A stretch of DNA of 55,231 bases from Chthonomonadales bacterium (GTDB lineage: Bacteria > Armatimonadota > Chthonomonadetes > Chthonomonadales > Chthonomonadaceae), in assembly GCA_038217285.1 (NCBI GenBank), contig JBBQPO010000004.1:1-55231 (forward strand). Direction: 5' to 3'. Positions 49,176 through 55,231 of the stretch are shown here, one piece after another. The notes beneath the pieces were generated by a model. The model had not been told where the DNA came from. It saw only the letters and a program-made list of their open reading frames with translations, and ran no database searches. Within the stretch, counting starts at the first letter, position 1, and every line of letters starts with the position of its first letter. A program made the translations under genes and the position numbers.

Positions 49176-50006
49176 TTATTCGGTTTTTGTGAGGGCTTCT
49201 CCTGCTGCCGGAGGCTGCCGGTTCTTCCCATGCAGATGGGAGGCGATCCCGGCCATGAGGGAGGGGAAGAGCGCGGTGAGGATGAAAATGAAGCGGATCG
49301 GATACCAGGGCTGTACCTCGGCGCGGGGATGCGCCGCCGCCGCACACTGCACGATGCTGTGCGCGACCTTCTCGGAGGTGAGCATCACGCCGGACGGAGC
49401 GTACTGTTCGCCGTGGACGCTCTCGAAAAAACGGGTGCGCACCGAGACCGGCAGCACTTCACTGACGGCCACACCGTAGAGGCTCGCCTCCGTACGCAGC
49501 GCCATCGTGTAGGCATGCACCGCGCCCTTGGTCGCCGAATAGGCGCTCACGGTCGGGCTGCCGAACAACGCCGCCGCCGAAGAGACGTTGATGATGCGAC
49601 CGCCCCCGCGTGACGCCATCGCCGTCAGTACCTGTCGGCAGAGCGCAGCGAGCGCGAAAAAGTTGACCTCGAACAGCAGGCGCATCTGTTCGGGCCGGGT
49701 TTCCATGATCGTCGCGCCCAGTCCAATGCCCGCATTGTTGACCAGCACGTCCAGCGGCCCGCCCTCGGCCTCGATCCGCGCGATCAGCCCCTGTATCTGT
49801 TCCGGCTTCGACAGATCCACCACGTAGGCCGTGGCCCGTCCTCCCGCCTGTCGAATCGACGTGGCGACCGTATTCAGCGCCTCCGCCTGCTCCGACACGA
49901 TGACAACGTCCGCGCCCAGCCGCGCGAACTCTCGGGCCGCCGCCTCTCCGATTCCGGAAGAGGCTCCCGTTATCAGCACTCGCTTATCCTGCAATCGTGT
50001 TGGCAT
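49176..50006 (-). CDS. SDR oxidoreductase
   Basis: TGASSGIG, NNAG, YSATK. Confidence 0.92.
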   Translation of the reverse strand: MPTRLQDKRVLITGASSGIGEAAAREFARLGADVVIVSEQAEALNTVATSIRQAGGRATAYVVDLSKPEQIQGLIARIEAEGGPLDVLVNNAGIGLGATIMETRPEQMRLLFEVNFFALAALCRQVLTAMASRGGGRIINVSSAAALFGSPTVSAYSATKGAVHAYTMALRTEASLYGVAVSEVLPVSVRTRFFESVHGEQYAPSGVMLTSEKVAHSIVQCAAAAHPRAEVQPWYPIRFIFILTALFPSLMAGIASHLHGKNRQPPAAGEALTKTE

Positions 50007-50037
50007 ACGCTACTGTGAAACCTTTTAACGGCACGTT

Positions 50038-50787
50038 CTATCGGATGAGAATGACGGGGGCGGCGACGGTGTGGGCCAGGGGTTCGGGCACCAGGGTCGG
50101 GACGTGGGAGAATCGGTCGATGGCCGTGCTGTAGCCGACATCTTCGCCGAATCCCAGGTCGGCGAGGGTGCGGGCATGGACGCCCTCCATGAGGCCGCGC
50201 AGCAGGTTCGGCTCGGTCTGCCACAGACGTCGGGCGGCGATGGCGGAGTCGGCCTGATCGGGCATCTCCCACGCACCCGCCTGCGCCGTAATCGCCTCGA
50301 CATAGAGCCCGGCCACCGTCGCATCTTCCAGCGTGAACTGGTCGTTTGTGCCTGAGCAGACGATCACCACATCAGAATCGTTCTCCAGGGCCGTTCTCCA
50401 GACCTCCTGCGCGACCGCCATACGATTGGTTGCCGCCCCAAGGTAGACATGGGGCGCGGAGGCGACCATCGCGGCCGCTTTGGTGCCGTTGGTGGTGGAG
50501 AGCACCACGGGACGGTCCGTGAAGTCGATCTGCGCGAACTCGACCGGGGAGTTGCCGTAGTCGAAGTCGGGAACACGGTAACCCTTCGTCTCGCCGCACA
50601 GGACATAGCCGTTGGCGCGCGCAAAGGTACGCGCCGTCTCATGCGAGGACGCCACATAGACACGCGGGCAGCGCTGCTCGAACAGGGTCGCGATGACCGT
50701 CGTCGCCCGCAGCGCATCGATCACCACACAGACCGCCTCCGAGACATCCCCCGCCAGCACCGGCATCAATGCCACTCGAATCTGCAC
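50038..50787 (-). CDS. comB: 2-phosphosulfolactate phosphatase family
   Basis: VVIDALRATT, LCGE, FDYGNSP, STTNGT, FTLED. Confidence 0.9.
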   Translation of the reverse strand: MQIRVALMPVLAGDVSEAVCVVIDALRATTVIATLFEQRCPRVYVASSHETARTFARANGYVLCGETKGYRVPDFDYGNSPVEFAQIDFTDRPVVLSTTNGTKAAAMVASAPHVYLGAATNRMAVAQEVWRTALENDSDVVIVCSGTNDQFTLEDATVAGLYVEAITAQAGAWEMPDQADSAIAARRLWQTEPNLLRGLMEGVHARTLADLGFGEDVGYSTAIDRFSHVPTLVPEPLAHTVAAPVILIR

Positions 50788-50808
50788 CGTTTCACCTGAC
50801 CTTACGTT

Positions 50809-51477
50809 CTAAAGCTGCTGACTCTGCAGGGCTTGCTGCTCTTTTTTGACGCGATCCAACTCCTGCACGAAGAAGGGGGCGTTTTGTGCATCCCAGACCC
50901 AGATGCGAACGGTGCCCACCATCATTCCGCCGCAGACAATGGCGTCCACCATGATACGGGCGGTTCGGGCGGCGGTCGCGCGGCGCTGCTCGTCGGTGAT
51001 CCAGTTGGGCTGCGCCAGCAGGTTCTCGGTCATGTCGGGGAAGACGACGGAGTTGGCGCCAAGGTCGCGCACCGAACTCAAGGCGTTTCCCACAGCACGC
51101 GCGATGAGCGCCGGACTGGTGCGCTTATTCTTATCGAAGATAACAGCGAGCACGGTATGTTTGTAGCGGAAGCGTGCGCCCGAGCCAGCGACAGCAGATC
51201 CGGGCTCCAACGGCGCTACCATGGCAGCCTCGTGCTGCATGGTGTCCGCTCCCATGTCACGGGCCATCTTCGCGACACCGAACACCATTTTCAGATCGGG
51301 CCCGACTGGCACGATGATCGCATCGGCGCGGAGGGCCATCGGCAGCTTGCGTTGGGAGACCCATAGCTCGATGGTCAGATCCTGGAGCGCCACGCGGACG
51401 GTCGGGCGTATGCAGACATGAGGCAGGTGGAACAGGCGGTGCGCGGTGGCGCGGAAGGTCTCAAGCGGCGAAGTCAT
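50809..51477 (-). CDS. Degenerate macrodomain-fold protein
   Basis: ADAIIVP..LKM..GVAK, PGSAVAGSG, KHTVLAV, SVVFP follow the order of macrodomain elements. Confidence 0.65.
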   Translation of the reverse strand: MTSPLETFRATAHRLFHLPHVCIRPTVRVALQDLTIELWVSQRKLPMALRADAIIVPVGPDLKMVFGVAKMARDMGADTMQHEAAMVAPLEPGSAVAGSGARFRYKHTVLAVIFDKNKRTSPALIARAVGNALSSVRDLGANSVVFPDMTENLLAQPNWITDEQRRATAARTARIMVDAIVCGGMMVGTVRIWVWDAQNAPFFVQELDRVKKEQQALQSQQL

Positions 51478-51507
51478 TATGTTAAGCGATTCTCCCTCTG
51501 GCAGAAA

Positions 51508-52878
51508 TCAGGCGAGCGACAGCGGTGTGACGGGCTGCAGATCCGGATTCTCACAGGACCGACGGCCGATCTTGCTCATCGGATACCAGTTCCCTTCGAT
51601 CTTGACCTGCACGATGTCGGCGGTAAAATCGGTATTGGTGCCCTGCTCCGAACAGTTCGACAGCAGCGACGAGCCGACGCCGTAGACATCGGCGGGCACG
51701 TTCATCGCTTCGAACGCTCGAATGCGCTCCGGCGTGAAGCCACCCGTGACCGTGATCTTGACACTGCGACACCAGGCGCTGGCGCGGCTCATCCAGCGCA
51801 GCGGCAGGTTCCAGGCATCAAAGGCGTTGTCGATAGCGGCGCGCATCGCGAACACCAGTCGCGGGTTCACGCCATTGTCCAGCTTCGGGTCGCCGAGCGG
51901 CGGAACGCTGCGGTCGCGCATGGTCATGCCGGTATCCGGGCGCACACCGAACAGCACGAACTTCTGCGCCTCCTCCGCCTTGCCCGCATCCACGAGGGCG
52001 CGATAGCGCGTGAACATCTTCTCCATGACGGCCAGCGAAGTGCCGACGCAGTCGTTTTCGAAGTCCACCAACGCGATGCGCGGAATGGCGGGCGGCAGGA
52101 TCGATGCGAAGGCCATCATGGTCTCGGCGGTATCGCCCAGGAAACAGGCGATCGCGGCATGAGCCACGGTTCCTCCTCCTCCTCCGCCCCACCAGTCGCC
52201 CTGCTCGTCGGTGGAAACCAGGGAGGTGGCATTGTAGCCGTAACGGGCGTTGTGGGCCTGCACCGCGATATGGTAAGCGTAGCCGTCGGCGGCCTGAAGC
52301 TCGTGCGCATCGAAGCGCGCCGGAAAGAACAACACATCTTTGCCCTGCGCCGCCTCCAGCGTCCGGTAGACATTGGTCGCGACCCGGCTGCCCCGCGTCA
52401 GCGCGCCGAGCGTGGGCGTTTCGAGCATCGCGAAGTCCCGATAGCGGCCCCGGACTTTCAGGACGGGCGAGACCTGCCGGGCATCGCCCCCGTAGGCCGC
52501 CATGGCACCATCATGAACGGCCAACATCTCGGTCTGCCCGGCGGTGTCCACCCAGGCGCCGTCGGCGTCAAAAAAGCCGGTGCAGGTCTGGAGCATCGCC
52601 AGTGCCTTATCGACGCCGACCACGACGGCGAACGGCTTACGGCGCGTAAACCACTGCATCTCCACTTCGATCGCGCCGATGTCCAGATTGGCAAGGTCGA
52701 GATTCAGGTCGCTCAGATCCGGCGACGTCCCCCCGAACCGATAGCCCTGTTGCGCTAGATCGGCCAGCACGGAGACGATGTTATGAAAATATTTGTCGGA
52801 GTACCAGCCACGCCGCATCCGGTCTATATCGAGTTTAAACGTGCTGATCGGCAGCCGTTTGCCATCAAAAACACTCAT
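51508..52878 (-). CDS. pncB: Nicotinate phosphoribosyltransferase
   Basis: YSDKYF, FPARFD, GTVAHA, LVDFENDC, VRPDT, VTGGF, YGVGSSL, DFTADIV. Confidence 0.85.
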   Translation of the reverse strand: MSVFDGKRLPISTFKLDIDRMRRGWYSDKYFHNIVSVLADLAQQGYRFGGTSPDLSDLNLDLANLDIGAIEVEMQWFTRRKPFAVVVGVDKALAMLQTCTGFFDADGAWVDTAGQTEMLAVHDGAMAAYGGDARQVSPVLKVRGRYRDFAMLETPTLGALTRGSRVATNVYRTLEAAQGKDVLFFPARFDAHELQAADGYAYHIAVQAHNARYGYNATSLVSTDEQGDWWGGGGGGTVAHAAIACFLGDTAETMMAFASILPPAIPRIALVDFENDCVGTSLAVMEKMFTRYRALVDAGKAEEAQKFVLFGVRPDTGMTMRDRSVPPLGDPKLDNGVNPRLVFAMRAAIDNAFDAWNLPLRWMSRASAWCRSVKITVTGGFTPERIRAFEAMNVPADVYGVGSSLLSNCSEQGTNTDFTADIVQVKIEGNWYPMSKIGRRSCENPDLQPVTPLSLA

Positions 52879-52943
52879 CGCCAGCCCTTCGCCATACGGA
52901 AAACGCAAGGCAGGGTGAGCCTCTGCACGCGTCTCTGCCAGAA

Positions 52944-52952
52944 ATTATAGCA
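52944..52952 (-). promoter_or_regulatory. Extended -10 promoter upstream of pncB
   Basis: Minus strand reads TGCTATAAT. Confidence 0.55.
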
Positions 52953-53008
52953 CATCGGAAATTTTTCGCGCTGTCGTGCCCCTGCCCGTCCGCTTGCGCG
53001 GGACGAAC

Positions 53009-53629
53009 TCAGAACGTCCCGAAGAGGCGGTCACCGAAATCGCCGAGGCCGGGCATAATGTATTTACGGGTATTGAGTTCGCGGTCGAGGGAGGCGGTCA
53101 CGATGTGCAGGGCAGGGAAGTCGGCCTGGAGGCGTTGAACGCCTTCGGGCGCGGCGACGACGCAGAGCAGGATCACACGCGCCGCACCTGCTTTGTAGAG
53201 TTCGTTGGCGGCCCAGGAGGCCGAGCCGCCGGTCGCCAGCATTGGGTCGAGCAGCAGTGCGGTCCGGCCCTGCAACGGCGGCAGCTTGGCGTAGTAGGAG
53301 GTAGCGATGGCGGTCTTCTCGTCGCGCTCCAAACCCAGATACCCGACATTGGCGGCGGGCAGGAGCTCTAGAACCGCGTCCAGCATGCCGAGGCCAGCGC
53401 GCAGAATGGGAACGGCGACGATACCTTCGGCCAGCGCCGCGCCCGGCGTCTCTTCGAGCGGGGTGCGTACCGTTACCGGCGTGATCGGCAGTTCGCGGGT
53501 CGCCTCAACGAGCAGGATCTGCGTCAGGGCGCGAGTCAATGGGCGGAACTGCTCCGGCGCGGTCGTTTCATCGCGGAGGCGGGTGAGTATCTGCGCGGCA
53601 AGCGCATGTTGCAGGACGGTCAGCGGCAT
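53009..53629 (-). CDS. upp: Uracil phosphoribosyltransferase
   Basis: VPILRAGLGM, LLDPMLATGGS, YIMPGLGDFGDRLFGT. AGGAG SD. Confidence 0.96.
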   Translation of the reverse strand: MPLTVLQHALAAQILTRLRDETTAPEQFRPLTRALTQILLVEATRELPITPVTVRTPLEETPGAALAEGIVAVPILRAGLGMLDAVLELLPAANVGYLGLERDEKTAIATSYYAKLPPLQGRTALLLDPMLATGGSASWAANELYKAGAARVILLCVVAAPEGVQRLQADFPALHIVTASLDRELNTRKYIMPGLGDFGDRLFGTF

Positions 53630-53688
53630 GAGTCTCTCCTCCGGTCTATAAGGAAGCCCTTCGGGCACCCCAAATCCTTCACTTCTGC

Positions 53689-54420
53689 CTAATCTTCGGA
53701 TTTCAGCAGGGTGGCGCGCTCCGGGGCGGGTGGGTCGGTTGGATGCCCATTGGTGGTGAGCAGATCCGCGATCGCGATCATGATGGCGTCCGCAATCCCC
53801 TGGCGGGAGGTATCGGGAGGAAAGACCATCGGTTTGCCGAAGACCATGGTGAGCGGAACGCACCGCAGCCTTTTGGCACCCCGCGGCAGCATCTCGAAGG
53901 TGCCGATGAGGGCCGTCGGCACGACGGGAACGCCGCTCTTCTGCACCATCAGGCCGACGCCTGGCTGTCCCGGATTGAGCAGGCCATCGTGCGTACGCGT
54001 TCCTTCGGGGAAGAGGCCGACCGCATCTCCCTGCGCCAGCAGTTCCAGGGTGCGTTTGAACACAGAACGATCCACCATGCCCCGGCGAATCGGGATCGAC
54101 CCCATCGAGTGGATACAGTAGGCCAGCGCCCTGTTCCGAAACAGGTCGCTTTTGGCGATTCCCCACAGATGCCGATAGCCATAGAGGCCCGCCCAGCCGA
54201 GCACGGGGTCGAGGTTGCTGGCGTGGTTTCCAGCGAGCAGCACACCTCCGGTGCGCGGCACATTTTCGATTCCCACGATTTTGAGACGGGCATAGAAGTG
54301 GAAGAACAGCCGCGCCAGAAGGCCGATCACCGCGCGGGTGAGGCGCCGGTCGAGGCGATAGATGTCTGGCGGCGCGGCTTCGGGCGCTCTGGTCTCCGTG
54401 GTGGGGTGGGCCTCAGCCAT
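53689..54420 (-). CDS. plsC: 1-acyl-sn-glycerol-3-phosphate acyltransferase
   Basis: NHASNLD (HX4D), FPEGTRT, VPVVP; overlaps the cmk stop. Confidence 0.9.
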   Translation of the reverse strand: MAEAHPTTETRAPEAAPPDIYRLDRRLTRAVIGLLARLFFHFYARLKIVGIENVPRTGGVLLAGNHASNLDPVLGWAGLYGYRHLWGIAKSDLFRNRALAYCIHSMGSIPIRRGMVDRSVFKRTLELLAQGDAVGLFPEGTRTHDGLLNPGQPGVGLMVQKSGVPVVPTALIGTFEMLPRGAKRLRCVPLTMVFGKPMVFPPDTSRQGIADAIMIAIADLLTTNGHPTDPPAPERATLLKSED

Positions 54421-55105
54421 GCGGATTCTCCGCGCGCGCGCCGTGCAGGGCCAGGATGCGGGCGACGACTTCGGGGATGGTGAGGCCGTCGGTAGAGAGC
54501 GCAATGGCGTCCGGGGCGGCGGCAAGGGGCGAGTCCATGCGATGCGTGTCACGGGTATCGCGGGCGATCTGATCGGCGAGGGTCTGCGCATAGTCGGCCT
54601 CGAACCCGCGCGCGCGCAACTCCGCCACACGTCGGCGGGCGCGCTCCTCCGGGCTGGCGGTCAAAAATACTTTCAGGTGGGCATCGGGGAAAACGACGGT
54701 GCCGATGTCACGACCTTCCAGCACCACGCCGCGCTCGGCGGTCGTGCCCATGCGCCGCTGCTGCTCCACCACGATCCGCCGCACGGCGGGAAAGGCGGAG
54801 ATGCGAGAGGTCAGGTCCGAGACTTCCGGGGTGCGAATGGCGGCGGTAACGTCGTCGTCATCGGCGAAGACCTGCTGCTGACCGTCCAGGGTCAGCGGTG
54901 TGAAGCGAATGGCGAGACGGCGCGCGACCTCTGCCATCGCCTCTTCCCGCGTGTGGTCGGCCTCTATGCGCAGCGCCTTCCATGCGACCGCGCGGTACAT
55001 CGCGCCGGTGTCCAGATAGGTGTAGCCCAATGCAGCGGCCACCTGCCTGGCGACCGTACTTTTGCCTGCTCCGGCAGGCCCATCGATGGCGATGATAAGA
55101 GTCAC
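54413..55105 (-). CDS. cmk: Cytidylate kinase
   Basis: IAIDGPAGAGKST, LDTGAMYRA, EGRDIGTVVFPDA, RARRR. Confidence 0.96.
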   Translation of the reverse strand: MTLIIAIDGPAGAGKSTVARQVAAALGYTYLDTGAMYRAVAWKALRIEADHTREEAMAEVARRLAIRFTPLTLDGQQQVFADDDDVTAAIRTPEVSDLTSRISAFPAVRRIVVEQQRRMGTTAERGVVLEGRDIGTVVFPDAHLKVFLTASPEERARRRVAELRARGFEADYAQTLADQIARDTRDTHRMDSPLAAAPDAIALSTDGLTIPEVVARILALHGARAENPHG

Positions 55106-55173
55106 GATGACGATTTCTCTGTCCCCTTCCGGTGGAACCTGTTCGTCATCGCAGCCCGCATTTCCTGCCGAAA

Positions 55174-55192
55174 TCCTACTCACCGAGTAGGA
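55174..55192. terminator. Short hairpin upstream of cmk
   Basis: TCCTACTC (55174-81) / GAGTAGGA (55185-92). Confidence 0.35.
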
Positions 55193-55231
55193 GTCTTACT
55201 CGTGTTCAGCCCTGCTGTTGTGGGCAGGCAG

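Noticed and set aside
53630-54166. Long N-terminal extension of upp in the ORF track
   Set aside because: Overlaps plsC in another frame; the SD-supported start is at 53629.
55196-55231. Possible 3' end of an upstream minus-strand gene (LPAHNSRAEHE*)
   Set aside because: Too short to support any call.

Overview
GC-rich bacterial chromosomal segment. The gene repertoire suggests Armatimonadota or a similar soil lineage (inference only). From left to right it holds: the 5' part of an IS1-like transposase with a strongly structured leader; a surface-polysaccharide cluster (methyltransferase, NAD-dependent epimerase, GT2, O-antigen ligase/polymerase, GtrA, three GT4); GH127 and GH172 glycosidases flanking a degenerate ribosomal L25/Ctc gene; a lower-GC islet of ankyrin remnants; a SARP-like/NB-ARC/TPR STAND protein divergent from a large secreted WD40-Ig-FG-GAP protein; a DUF1800/DUF1501 pair; an internally deleted DUF418 gene; an eight-gene sugar-catabolism operon built around an atypical transaldolase-fold enzyme; a GAF-only protein; a lyxose-isomerase-like cupin; an atypical Hsp70 followed by three TPR-(Pro/Gln/Tyr-rich)-membrane paralogues with different C-terminal domains, then RsmB-like, TPR-like, Lon-N and VapBC genes; and a minus-strand housekeeping run (cmk, plsC, upp, pncB, degenerate macrodomain, comB, SDR, MFS, TIM barrel). 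No rRNA, tRNA or CRISPR array was seen. The best candidates for undescribed systems are the Hsp70/TPR-membrane array, the structured IS leader RNA, the atypical sugar pathway and the STAND-WD40 divergent pair. All family calls come from motif recognition by eye, not database searches.
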